Of a DNA stretch of 64,000 bases, positions 1 to 13,401 are shown piece by piece. The DNA lies in the NCBI GenBank assembly GCA_964016885.1, contig OZ024752.1, forward strand, positions 38,378,001-38,442,000, in the 5' to 3' direction. The position numbers and the translations under genes are program-made. Source of the DNA: Eledone cirrhosa (lineage: Eukaryota). The notes beneath the pieces were generated by a model, which was not told where the DNA came from, ran no database searches, and worked only from the letters and a program-made list of their open reading frames with translations. Within the stretch, counting starts at the first letter, position 1; each line of letters starts with the position of its first letter.

Positions 1-3000
1 ACCACAGACACAACACCTTCCACCAGGCCCTGAGAGCCTGTGTGACCACAGACACAACACCTTCCACTAATCCCTGAGAGCCTGTGTGACCACAGACACA
101 ACACCTTCCACTAGTCCCTGAGAGACTGTGTGACCACAGACACAACACCTTCCACCAGTCCCTGAGAGATTGTGTGACCACAGACACAACACCTTCCACT
201 AGTCCCTGAGAGACTGTGTGACCACAGACACAACACCTTCCACTAGTCCCTGAGAGCCTGTGTGACCACAGACACAACACCTTCCACCAGTCCCTGAGAG
301 ACTGTGTGACCACAGACACAACACCTTCCACTAGTCCGAAAGCCTGTGACCACAGACACAACACCTTCCACCAGTCCCTGAGAGCCTGTGTGACCACAGA
401 CACAACACCTTCCACTAGTCCCTGAGAGCCTGTGTGACCACAGACACAACACCTTCCACCAGTCCCTGAGAGCCTGTGTGACCACAGACACAACACCTTC
501 CACCAGTCCCTGAGAGCCTGTGTGACCACAGACACAACACCTTCCACTAGTCCGAAAGCCTGTGACCACAGACACAACACCTTCCACCAGTCCCTGAGAG
601 CCTGTGTGACCACAGACACAACACCTTCCACCAGTCCCTGAGAGCCTGTGTGACCACAGACACAACACCTTCCACCAGTCCCTGAGAGCCTGTGTGACCA
701 CAGACACAACACTTTCCACTAGTCCGAAAGCCTGTGACCACAGACACAACACCTTCCACCAGTCCCTGAGAGCCTGTGTGACCACAGACACAACACCTTC
801 CACCAGTCCCTGAGAGACTGTGTGACCACAGACACAACACCTTCCACTAGTCCCTGAGAGCCTGTGTGACCACAGACACAACACTTTCCACTAGTCCGAA
901 AGCCTGTGACCACAGACACAACACCTTCCACCAGTCCCTGAGAGCCTGTGTGACCACAGACACAACACCTTCCACCAGTCCCTGAGAGCCTGTGTGACCA
1001 CAGACACAACACTTTCCACTAGTCCGAAAGCCTGTGACCACAGACACAACACCTTCCACCAGTCCCTGAGAGCCTGTGTGACCACAGCCACAACACCTTC
1101 CACCAGTCCCTGAGAGACTGTGTGACCACAGACACAACACCTTCCACCAGTCCCTGAGAGACTGTATGACCACAGACACAGCACCTTCCACCAGTCCCTG
1201 AGAGACTGTGTGACCACAGACACAACACCTTCCACCAGTCCCTGAGAGACTGTATGACCACAGACACAACACCTTCCACCAGTCCCTGAGAGACTGTGTG
1301 ACCACAGACACAACACCTTCCACTAGTCCGAAAGCCTGTGACCACAGACACAACACCTTCCACCAGTCCCTGAGAGACTGTGTGACCACAGACACAACAC
1401 CTTCCACTAGTCCCTGAGAGCCTGTGTGACCACAGACACAACACCTTCCACCAGTCCCTGAGAGACTGTGTGACCACAGACACAACACCTTCCACCAGTC
1501 CCTGAGAGACTGTATGACCACAGACACAACACCTTCCACCAGTCCCTGAGAGACTGTGTGACCACAGACACAACACCTTCCACTAGTCCGAAAGCCTGTG
1601 ACCACAGACACAACACCTTCCACCAGTCCCTGAGAGACTGTGTGACCACAGACACAACACCTTCCACTAGTCCCTGAGAGCCTGTGTGACCACAGACACA
1701 ACACCTTCCACCAGTCCCTGAGAGACTGTGTGACCACAGACACAACACCTTCCACCAGTCCCTGAGAGACTGTATGACCACAGACACAACACCTTCCACT
1801 AATCCCTGAGAGCCTGTGTGACCACAGACACAACACCTTCCACTAGTCCCTGAGAGACTGTGTGATCACAGACACAACACCTTCCACCAGTCCCTGAGAG
1901 ACTGTGTGACCACAGACACAACACCTTCCACTAGTCCGAAAGCCTGTGACCACAGACACAACACCTTCCACCAGTCCCTGAGAGACTGTGTGACCACAGA
2001 CACAACACCTTCCACTAGTCCGAAAGCCTGTGACCACAGACACAACACCTTCCACCAGTCCCTGAGAGACTGTGTGACCACAGACACAACACCTTCCACT
2101 AGTCCCTGAGAGCCTGTGTGACCACAGACACAACACCTTCCACTAGTCCGAAAGCCTGTGACCACAGACACAACACCTTCCACTAGTCCCTGAGAGCCTG
2201 TGTGACCACAGACACAACACCTTCCACCAGTCCCTGAGAGACTGTGTGACCACAGACACAACACCTTCCACCAGTCCCTGAGAGACTGTGTGACCACAGA
2301 CACAACACCTTCCACTAGTCCCTGAGAGCCTGTGTGACCACAGACACAACACCTTCCACCAGTCCCTGAGAGACTGTGTGACCACAGACACAACACCTTC
2401 CACTAGTCCGAAAGCCTGTGACCACAGACACAACACCTTCCACCAGTCCCTGAGAGACTGTGTGACCACAGACACAACACCTTCCACTAGTCCCTGAGAG
2501 CCTGTGTGACCACAGACACAACACTTTCCACTAGTCCGAAAGCCTGTGACCACAGACACAACACCTTCCACCAGTCCCTGAGAGCCTGTGTGACCACAGA
2601 CACAACACCTTCCACCAGTCCCTGAGAGCCTGTGTGACCACAGACACAACACCTTCCACCAGTCCCTGAGAGACTGTATGACCACAGACACAACACCTTC
2701 CACCAGTCCCTGAGAGACTGTGTGACCACAGACACAACACCTTCCACCAGTCCCTGAGAGACTGTGTGACCACAGACACAACACCTTCCACCAGTCCCTG
2801 AGAGACTGTATGACCACAGACACAACACGTTCCACTAGTCCCTGAGAGCCTGTGTGACCACAGACACAACACCTTCCACCAGTCCCTGAGAGACTGTGTG
2901 ACCACAGACACAACACCTTCCACCAGTCCCTGAGAGACTGTGTGACCACAGACACAACACCTTCCACCAGTCCCTGAGAGACTGTATGACCACAGACACA

Positions 3001-5306
3001 ACACCTTCCACCAGTCCCTGAGAGACTGTGTGACCACAGACACAACACCTTCCACCAGTCCCTGAGAGACTGTATGACCACAGACACAACACCTTCCACT
3101 AATCCCTGAGAGACTGTATGAGCACAGACACAACACCTTCCACCAGTCCCTGAGAGACTGTGTGACCACAGACACAACACCTTCCACCAGTCCCTGAGAG
3201 ACTGTATGACCACAGACACAACACCTTCCACTAATCCCTGAGAGACTGTATGAGCACAGACACAACACCTTCCACCAGTCCCTGAGAGACTGTGTGACCA
3301 CAGACACAACACCTTCCACCAGTCCCTGAGAGACTGTATGAGCACAGACACAACACCTTCCACCAGTCCCTGAGAGACTGTATGACCACAGACACAACAC
3401 CTTCCACCAGTCCCTGAGAGACTGTGTGACCACAGACACAACACCTTCCACCAGTCCCTGAGAGACTGTATGACCACAGACACAACACCTTCCACCAGTC
3501 CCTGAGAGACTGTATGACCACAGACACAACACCTTCCACCAGTCCCTGAGAGACTGTGTGACCACAGACACAACACCTTCCACCAGTCCCTGAGAGACTG
3601 TGTGACCACAGACACAACACCTTCCACCAGTCCCTGAGAGACTGTGTGACCACAGACACAACACCTTCCAACAGTCCCTGAGAGACTGTATGACCACAGA
3701 CACAACACCTTCCACCAGTCCCTGAGAGACTGTGTGACCACAGACACAACACCTTCCACCAGTCCCTGAGAGACTGTGTGACCACAGAAACAACACCTTC
3801 CACCAGTCCCTGAGAGACTGTATGACCACAGACACAACACCTTCCACCAGTCCCTGAGAGACTGTGTGACCACAGACACAACACCTTCCACCAGTCCCTG
3901 AGAGACTGTGTGACCACAGACACAACACCTTCCACTAGTCCCTGAGAGCCTGTATGACCACAGACACAACACCTTCCACCAGTCCCTGAGAGACTGTGTG
4001 ACCACAGACACAACACCTTCCACCAGTCCCTGAGAGACTGTGTGACCACAGACACAACACCTTCCACCAGTCCCTGAGAGACTGTGTGACCACAGACACA
4101 ACACCTTCCACCAGTCCCTGAGAGACTGTGTGACCACAGACACAACACCTTCCACCAGTCCCTGAGAGACTGTATGACCACAGACACAACACCTTCCACC
4201 AGTCCCTGAGAGACTGTGTGACCACAGACACAACACCTTCCACCAGTCCCTGAGAGACTGTGTGACCACAGACACAACACCTTCCACCAGTCCCTGAGAG
4301 ACTGTATGACCACAGACACAACACCTTCCACCAGTCCCTGAGAGACTGTATGACCACAGACACAACACCTTCCACCAGTCCCTGAGAGACTGTGTGACCA
4401 CAGACACAACACCTTCCACCAGTCCCTGAGAGACTGTGTGACCACAGACACAACACCTTCCACCAGTCCCTGAGAGACTGTATGACCACAGACACAACAC
4501 CTTCCGCCAGAGTCTGAGAGACTGTATGACCACAGACACAACACCTTCCACCAGTCCCTGAGAGACTGTATGACCACAGACACAACACCTTCCACCAGTC
4601 CCTGAGAGACTGTATGACCACAGACACAACACCTTCCACCAGTCCCTGAGAGACTGTATGACCACAGACACAACACCTTCCACCAGTCCCTGAGAGACTG
4701 TGTGACCACAGACACAACACCTTCCACCAGTCCCTGAGAGACTGTATGACCACAGACACAACACCTTCCACCAGTCCCTGAGAGACTGTATGACCACAGA
4801 CACAACACCTTCCACCAGTCCCTGAGAGTCTGTGTGACCACAGACACAACACCTTCCACCAGTCCCTGAGAGACTGTATGACCACAGACACAACACCTTC
4901 CACCAGTCCCTGAGAGACTGTGTGACCACAGACACAACACATTCCACTAGTCCCTGAGAGACTGTGTGACCACAGACACAACACCTTCCACCAGTCCCTG
5001 AGAGACTGTATGACCACAGACACAACACTTTCCACTAGTCCGAAAGCCTGTGTCCACAGACACAACACCTTCCACCAGTCCCTGAGAGACTGTGTGACCA
5101 CAGACACAACACATTCCACTAATCTCCGAGAGACTGTGTGACCACAGACACAACACCTTCCACTAGTCCCTGAGAGCCTATGTGACCACAGACACAACAC
5201 CTTCCACCAGTCCCTGAGAGCCTGTGTGACCACAGACACAACACCTTCCGCCAGAGTCTGAGAGCCTGTGGGACCACACACACAACACCTTCCGCCAGTC
5301 CCTGAG
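1..5306. repeat. Minisatellite: 44-bp unit ACCACAGACACAACACCTTCCACCAGTCCCTGAGAGACTGTGTG with an interspersed 40-bp variant (...CACTAGTCCGAAAGCCTGTG); about 120 copies, running off the window start
   Basis: Directly visible tandem periodicity; the long ORFs in three minus frames are just translations of the unit. Confidence 0.98.
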
Positions 5307-5485
5307 TTGGCTGTAAAGTTCAATTGGCTGACTATGAAGGAGTGATGCTAGAGCTGTGAAATTATGCATGCATTAATTTCAACTCTTTTTATTAATAACT
5401 GCATTGTTTCTTTCCAAGGACTATGTTGAAAAATAAACCTCATTTAGTCATTCCATGAGAATATCTTGGTCAACCAACCTTCGTA
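5305..5485. mobile_element. Degenerate mariner-like MITE (same family as 6797 and 24092)
   Basis: Shares GGCTGACTATGAAGGAGTGATGCTAGAGCTGTGAAAT...CATTCCATGAGAATATCTTGGTCAACC with the copies at 6797 and 24092. Confidence 0.6.
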
Positions 5486-5530
5486 TATAGCTTAACACTA
5501 CAATTTCTGCAACCCTGCCAAAATTTTATT

Positions 5531-5742
5531 TTAACCCTTTAGCATTTACATTACGCTATATTTACAATTGTATTTTCATGGTAAAGGCTTTATCTCACAT
5601 AATATCCAATCTATGAGATTTTGATATTTATTTTGAGAACAGTACCTTAACATCAGTATGAGTGGCAGTTACAGCTGGTTTGAATAGAAAGAGGTGAGAG
5701 AGTTCTGGCTGGATACAGCCAGTTTAAATGCTAAAAGGTTAA
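5531..5742. mobile_element. piggyBac-like MITE
   Basis: TTAA-CCCTTTAGCATTTA ... TAAATGCTAAAAGG-TTAA terminal inverted repeats with TTAA flanks; related copies at 22525-22752 and 32913-33333. Confidence 0.7.
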
Positions 5743-6796
5743 ATATCCATTTCTTTCTACTAAATACAAGGTGCTATACTTTTAGAACAAAGGAATAGAA
5801 TCTAGCAATGAATCTAAGGGCATCTGCAAAATATATTTAACTTGTTGACTTGCCACATATATTTTACACAGCTACAGTTGCTGTGCTGGTTGGTTTTTTG
5901 GGGGGTTTTTTTCCCAGTAAAATGACTATTCTGATTGACAAATGTCACATCAATAAACTAGTAACCCCATCTAGAATTGAAGTTATGAACTGTTAGAAAA
6001 GAGTTAGTTCATAACTTTGAAATTATGAATTGTTGGATAAGTTATCTCATCTGTGGCACCAGAATGCATATATGTTAGGACAAGTTATCTCGTCTACGGC
6101 ACTGAAGAGGTTAAGTTGCTTCAATTGTGAACCAAAAGTGGTTCATAATCTCACCTCACTGATGTAAATATTGATTTTTATCACTAGATAAAGAAAGGTT
6201 TGTGTTTTCTAGATGGGAAATATGATGTAACAATCATGCATTTCCCAGGAGCATTTGTGATATAGATGAAGTGAGCTGTGAGTGACTATATTGTGGCTTC
6301 AAATTTATCGTAAATATTAATTTACAAACATTTTAAAAACATAAAATTTGAAAATAATAATAATAATAATATAAATAGTTTTTCCATTCTTATTTAATAA
6401 AAAGAAAAAAAGAGAATTTTTTTTAAATACAAACTTAATTCAAATTTTTTTTTGTAAAATCCATATTTCAAATATTTGTATCGTTGACTATACGTTAGGT
6501 TTATTCTCCAAAACAACTCTGTGTAAATTATGTTAAGTTAGAATATAATAATAGAAAAGTTCTCGAATTTAGTTTATTGCAGTAAAAGAACAAAACAAAA
6601 ACAAATAAATAAAACCATAAACATTTTGAAATCAGGAAAAAAAAAAACCCTTTCTTTTGTATAAAGAAATTGTCATCTTTGGCATACAAAAAAAAACCCA
6701 AATAATTCACAAATGTACATTCATTTTGTAATTGGAACCCAGGCAATACTGTGTGTGAAAATAATTCCCCAAAATATAATATAAGTTAGTTCATAC

Positions 6797-6983
6797 AAGG
6801 GTCAGCTGAAAAGTTCACAGGCTGATTATGAATGAGTGATGCTAGAGCTATGAAATCTTGCATGTATTAATTTAATTTTAACTCTTCTTATTAATAATTG
6901 CAATAACTGCATTGTTTCTTTCCAGGGACTATATTGAAAAATAAACCTCATTTGGTCATTCCTTGAGAGTATCTTGGTCAACC
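6797..6983. mobile_element. Mariner-like MITE fragment
   Basis: Begins TA-CAAGGGTCAGCTGAAAAGTTC, a mariner-type TIR after TA; body matches 5305 and 24092. Confidence 0.6.
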
Positions 6984-7165
6984 ATAGCAGATAATGAGAA
7001 GGAAAATCTAATAAACAAGTTATTAAATATATATCATGTGATAATAAAATCCCCCCCAAAGACTGACCAGTGAAGATACAATGTTGAATTGCAACAAACC
7101 GTTCTATAGATGATGCTTTCCTAACATATAACAGAAACAGATAATGACAATTCTAATGGTATATA

Positions 7166-7237
<72 letters not shown>

Positions 7238-7252
7238 CATATATATATAAAA

Positions 7253-7446
7253 CGTGGCCGTGTAGGTAACATGGTAAAAACCTCCCAGTCCACACTGTAA
7301 ACGTGGATGGCATCCAGCCATAGAAAACCTGCCAGACAGTCCTTTACGAGCGAGACAACCAATCTTGCCTCAAGTGGGACAATTCCCATCTAAACCCATG
7401 CTAGCGTGGAAGATAGACGTTAAACAATGATGATGATGATGATGAT
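7253..7446 (+). mobile_element. SINE family B, 3' part with (GAT)n tail
   Basis: GGCATCCAGCCATAGAAA...CCCATGCTAGCGTGGAAG...(GAT)n, as in the other copies. Confidence 0.7.
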
Positions 7447-7559
7447 ACGTGAAATACAGTGTGTGTGTGTGTGTAAAAGGTAACCAGAAATAACAACACA
7501 ATCGATACAGTATATGGAAGGAATATATTAGGTTAATACTTGAAATAGCAGGAAGAGGG

Positions 7560-7595
7560 TCTTAACGTTTCAGACGCTAGTCCTTCATCAGAAGA
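7560..7595 (-). ncRNA. Minimal hammerhead ribozyme motif (family H1) in a 200-bp element bounded by (TG)n tracts
   Basis: Minus strand: TCTT-CTGATGA-AGGAC TAGC GTCT-GAAAC-GTT-AAGA; stem I TCTT/AAGA, palindromic ACGT stem III. Confidence 0.75.
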
Positions 7596-10500
7596 AAGAA
7601 TAAGAAATAAAATAGATTGAGGGGACGGTCAGGGTGGAATTGGAAAAAATGTCTTTAGATAAAAATAACAGGTCCATTCATGTGTGTGTGTGTGTGTGTG
7701 TGTAAGAAAATAACCACAGGACGTTTACAACTAAGAAAGAATATATAACTAAACGAAAAGTATTGCAGATGAAAAAAATTGTGTTATTTAAACACGACAA
7801 GAAAAGGTATAATGTGAAAAGGGGGAAGGTGAAAAATGAATGGAGAATGGAGCAATATCGGTTTCGATTGTAAACTACTGCCTAATAATTCACAACCTGT
7901 AGATTAGAAATGAGATACTCAAACAATCTCTGCTGGAAATGGAACATAAACATGAATCAATTGTTCACAATTGGACCCAACTTTACAAACTATCGACTGA
8001 TCCCTACTAGAATGACATCTATAAAATCTGTTTTTATTTGATCAAATGTTATGTATGAAAATCATTGTTAGAAGACGGCTGGGCAAGTTTTATGAATATA
8101 GCATTTGTAAACAGAAAAAGAGTTGACATAAACAAGAAAAAATGTCACTATAATAAAACGATTGCAAGGAAATGCTGTCAAGATGTTATAAAACTGAATT
8201 GAATTTTACAAATATTATTAGACCAATATTTGGTTTTCAGTCGTGAAGAATAGGTGTAATTGCACCATTAGTATTGATAAAGTATTGATATTACATACAG
8301 CAATAATTTCAAATACTGACCTAAAAAAAAAAAAATTTAAACAAAACTTTTAAAAACAATATTTTACTAACTAAATTAGTATGTATAACAAGATTTTATT
8401 AGTCACAATGATTGAAAAGGTTATTGATAATTAAACAAACATTGAAGCATCGAGTGAATTGAAATATTTTTTTAGAATAGGGTGAAATACCCCTAGAAAG
8501 AACAAGTGGCTAGCAGTTGCTAAAATGGCCACTTTTTCTGTCTGTAGGAGTATTTTCAACTGATTTTTTAAAGCTGTTTCTTCACAGCTATTCTCCTGTG
8601 TTCGAGATTTTCTTCATTTCTAAAAATATTGATAATTAATTTTAATATTAATTAATTCATTTTTTAATATTAATTACTATATTTTGAGAAAAAAAGAATT
8701 TCAGTACATTTTTTCATAAATTTATTAAAAATTACTTCATTGTTTTTTGAGAAACTCTTACATACGTTCAACGTCATTTTGTTAATATAAATCATATTAT
8801 ATTACTGTATTAGTTATACTAATAGTAATACAAACTAAATTTTTTTAACCATCATTGTCCTCACCTTCCATTCAGCCTCACATCATGACATGGGCGTACT
8901 GGATGCAAGGAAGATTGTTTATATGTTTTTGTTCTAAAATGTGTCCAATAGGCCAGCAAATACAGTAATTGGTTTTAATATTAGTAATTAATTTTTTTTC
9001 CAAAAAATACATTATTCAGATTTGCTATTTTTTTCTTTAGTTCTTAAATATTACATACATTTAATAATAGAAAAGCTAAAAGATAGTAATCACCTTAATC
9101 CCCAATAAATACTACTACAACTACTGCTATTACTATCACTATAAAGATGATCAGTATTACATAAACAAAGACATCATGGAGCTACTTTCTCAACAATTGA
9201 CCCATTTTAATAATTATTCTTTTCTTTATAAGATTTCCCATGGTTCTGTTTGAACCTTCAATGCTCCTTACTTGCCAAAACTACTTACATAATCAGAAAA
9301 AGATTTACCAAAGAAATATTCTAGGCTAAATATAGAAAAGGCACAAGTGACAAATTTATTTTTACTTTTAAAAGTAATAAATCTTTTAGAATGTCATTTC
9401 AATATAATTTCACTCATAATTTAGCTTGTTTTAAAAAATAGACTTTTTTTTTGTAGTTGTTTTGTTTTGTTTTGTCAGCAAATAGGTTACATCACATTAA
9501 ATTAAATATATTTTACAGCATATAAACTGTCAATGTAATTTTCAGCAGTTAAAAGGCTGAATATTTAAAACTTGTAAATAAAAAAAAAGGAAGAGGCCAT
9601 GTAGCTGGTAAGAGTGTCAGACACCATGAGTTGCAGCCCAAGTTAAAAGAATTTAAAATCTTTTCCAACATCAATTGTTATAAACCAAGTTAAAATCATT
9701 TAATCATCCATTTGTAACGTACGTTTATGCTTTAGTTACATACACACACAGATACAGACAACAGAAGGAAGGGGCTAGTGAAACGCTATAGCGATGTGTG
9801 TTGTATTCCTTTAGGGTTTACCGGCTACATAGCCTATTCGAAAAAAAAAAAAAAAAAACATAATTCAACAACAAAAATAAAATTAAGAACTTTAAAACCT
9901 TTATAGTTAAGAAACCCCTAAGATAAATTATTTTAATATTTATATATATATATATACATAAGTTAGCTACATTGTAGCCATGTGGATAAAATGTCAGTCA
10001 GTCAACCACCCCATTGCAAAAGTCATAAGATTGAACTGATCCCATCACTAGTGCCAGGTTGTGTAGCAGACAAGGCAGTAAACCCTTGTTCCCCCACCAT
10101 CCAACCAAGACCCCCCCCCCCCCCCCCCAACCACCCACACTGAACTAAGTGAAAAAATCATGAGTAGTTTACAATAACAAGATTGAATCCTGCTATAAGA
10201 GAGTGAATGGATTAAAGCGATATTTTAAAACTCAGATCTTTGAAGTAAATAAGAAATAATTTATATGTTAAGTTGTATGATGTAAAATTAGTGAAATGAT
10301 CAAATAGAGTGACCCACATGTTGATATAAAAGCCTTAACTTAGTATTAATAGTTAATGATGTAGAAAATATGTGTGTGTCAAAATAGAAAGAATAGGTGT
10401 GGGATTGAAAACCAAATAAGGCTAGCAACAATCTGAAATGTATATGTATATTGAAATGCAATACCAAGCCAAATAATAAAAAGTAGGATGTTTAACAAAA

Positions 10501-10717
10501 TCAAAGAGAATTATTATTTTTTTTAAAATACCCTTTATATATAAATATCACCAATTCCTGATTGGTTGTTTGGAAAATTGAACAATAAATAATACTTTCC
10601 CAATATATATTTCATTCAATCAGCCTTTTGGTCAACTAAACACAGCAAATTGAGAAGAAATGTTTAGTAATGGTATAAAACTGCATGTGCTTACCTTACA
10701 CACACAGTCACACACAC

Positions 10718-10774
<57 letters not shown>

Positions 10775-10868
10775 GTGGAACACTGGAAGGTAATATCCGT
10801 AGTGGTAGAGCACTCAGTCCAAGGGACGAGTTAGGTAGAAGTTGTTACACAACAGTTAGTTCACCATA

Positions 10869-10908
10869 CCGAGAACAATTGTTTCACCTTCGCGGATCTT
10901 CAGCTCGG
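10869..10908 (-). ncRNA. Minimal hammerhead ribozyme motif (family H2) within a fold-back element between (TA)n tracts
   Basis: Minus strand: CCGAG-CTGAAGA-TCCGCGAAGGT-GAAAC-AATT-GTT-CTCGG; perfect 5-bp stem I, palindromic loop; inverted partial copy at 10911-10969. Confidence 0.8.
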
Positions 10909-11008
10909 GATGAAGATCCGCGAAGGTGAAACAATTGGTTTCGGTATGGTGAACTAACTGTTGTGTAACCACTTCTATATATATATATATACATATATAT
11001 ATAATCAT

Positions 11009-11071
<63 letters not shown>

Positions 11072-11251
11072 ACACATATGTAATTCTGTTTCCCTTACAC
11101 ATGAATAAACACACACATTATATATATATATATATATATATGTATCAAATCCCGCCGAGGTTAACTTTGCCTTTCATCCTTACGGGGTCGATAAAATAAA
11201 GTACCAGTAATACACTGGGTAATTGCTGGCCTTGTGCCCAAAAGTAGAAAG

Positions 11252-11299
<48 letters not shown>

Positions 11300-11629
11300 C
11301 AAGGAGACAACAGAGGCACAAAAGTCTTATTAGTTTCACGCTTTATATTGGAAAGAGGAAAGAAAGTTTGGCGTATCGGGCTTAAGCCCCTCTTCAAGAG
11401 TACAAATAGAGACAGGATCACAATGGAGAAACAGATATAATTACACACATACATACACAGGTATTTATACACAGATATATGTAATCCTGTTTACCTTAAT
11501 ACATGAATAAACACACACACACACCATATATATATCACACACATTTATCCAGTATATATGCACACACATATACATGTAATCCTGTTTACTTTATACATGA
11601 ATACGTTTTTACATCTGCCTTTCCAAAAA

Positions 11630-11668
<39 letters not shown>

Positions 11669-11778
11669 ATAATAATAAATTTGAAGACTAAAATCCAAAG
11701 AGGGCTCGATAAGGATAAATATATATCAAATATATAAGAACCGTAGATTCTTTGCTTAAACTTTAATCTGTTATTTTA

Positions 11779-11816
<38 letters not shown>

Positions 11817-11868
11817 AAGTTAAATAAAAGTCAAATGATTAAAATTTAGCTTCGTTTAATTTAGCTTC

Positions 11869-11928
11869 GTTGTTAATTCACTGGGGAACTGGAGTCATAT
11901 GACTCCAGTTCCCCAGTGAATTAACAAC
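11869..11928. repeat. Perfect 60-bp palindrome inside an inverted HHR-bearing element
   Basis: GTTGTTAATTCACTGGGGAACTGGAGTCAT|ATGACTCCAGTTCCCCAGTGAATTAACAAC; outer arms 11811-11858 and 12071-12119 are also inverted repeats. Confidence 0.9.
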
Positions 11929-12013
11929 CCAGCAAGGAACTGGGCATATCAGAGTATTGACAATATCATACACCTAAACAACATATGTACTTGTCTATAC
12001 CATACTAATTCAA

Positions 12014-12068
12014 ACTGCCTGAAGAGGTCACAGCCAAAGATGGCTGTCATTGAAATATATATAGCAGT
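12014..12068 (+). ncRNA. Minimal hammerhead ribozyme motif (family H3)
   Basis: ACTGC-CTGAAGA-GGTCACAGCCA AAGA TGGCTGTCATT-GAAAT-ATAT-ATA-GCAGT; stem I ACTGC/GCAGT. Confidence 0.8.
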
Positions 12069-12209
12069 AATAAACGAAGCTAAATTTTAATCATTTGACT
12101 TTTATTTAACTTTATTTTACACTACTCCGGAGTAACCAAACCAACCTGCGCACTTCGTTGAGTGCTCCAGCCTGCATACTGAGGTGTTGGTATACAACCA
12201 ACATAAACT

Positions 12210-12245
<36 letters not shown>

Positions 12246-12725
12246 TGTTAGGAAGGGCATCCAACCAGTGTATCAATGCCAAAACGCTTATCAGCACAGC
12301 AACAAATAGATGATATATATATATTACATACATGACCATCTTAAATATACTGCCTACATATGTATGAGGTCCATTGCTGTGAGGCTCAAGAACGAGATGA
12401 CCATATGACATATGTATGTATATGAAGGCAGTATAACCTTAAATTGTGGTTCCTTCTCTATTCACTTAATGTGTATGTATGCATCTATGTGTTTAAAAAT
12501 GTAATATGTCTATGTGTATGCATCTATTTGTATAAAATTGTAATACTTTTTATATTTAATACGAGAGGTAGTTATGCCTCAATAAAACTATGTCACAGCG
12601 TCACTAAAGACTAGAGGTGAATAAATTCTTGCTTCTAAAATTCATAGCAAGGCTTCAAAAATGTTTATTTACACCAACATTTTGTATATGATTCAATATA
12701 CAATGCCAGTCACATATCTATTATA

Positions 12726-12760
<35 letters not shown>

Positions 12761-12945
12761 TCCTGATACATACACACATACATATATAATATAAGTGTGT
12801 TTGTAACTGGGGTTGTATATTGAATACATATTATACATATTATATATATATAAGCAGTGTATATGAAAAGATATATAAACATATACTATATGCTTATATG
12901 CAATAAACAGATAGGTAGCCTTGCTACTGCCAGTTATATATACAT

Positions 12946-13002
<57 letters not shown>

Positions 13003-13235
13003 TACATACATACAAAACAAGAGTTAAAAAAAAAAAAAAAATTAATAAATAATAAAAATACAGAGATTATAACATTGATAAAAATTAAATTTCATGGGAA
13101 AATATGTCAGCTAATGGGTACACTCTCTTCTCTCTTCTCTTCTTTTTTCTCCCTCTCTCGTGTATCTGGATATAAGTGAACATGTAAAATGATGTGTTGA
13201 AATTAAGGCTTGAATTGTGTTGGCTGGAGTCAATG

Positions 13236-13388
13236 TTACGTGGCTATTTTGATGTCCTCTGCGTAATATGAAATTAGTAAGATTACACTGAATCCAATCA
13301 TCATACCAAGGTTTTGTAGGAGAAACAGCTGCATTTTACCTACTTCTCGGTTTTCATTTGCGTCTACAACTTGGTTCATTTCTGGCAT
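13236..13388 (-). CDS. SLC39A14: ZIP8/ZIP14-like metal transporter, exon 9 (last coding; MPEMNQ...QNLGMMIGFSVILLISYYAEDIKIAT*)
   Basis: cattgcag acceptor, phase 0; LIV-1 family TM8 motif LQNLG; TAA stop at 13238-13236. Confidence 0.9.
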   Translation of the reverse strand: MPEMNQVVDANENREVGKMQLFLLQNLGMMIGFSVILLISYYAEDIKIAT

Positions 13389-13401
13389 CTGCAATGAAAA
13401 G

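Noticed and set aside
243-5323. Long Cys-rich ORFs (up to 961 aa)
   Set aside because: Translations of a 44-bp unit open in all three minus frames; no splice or start context
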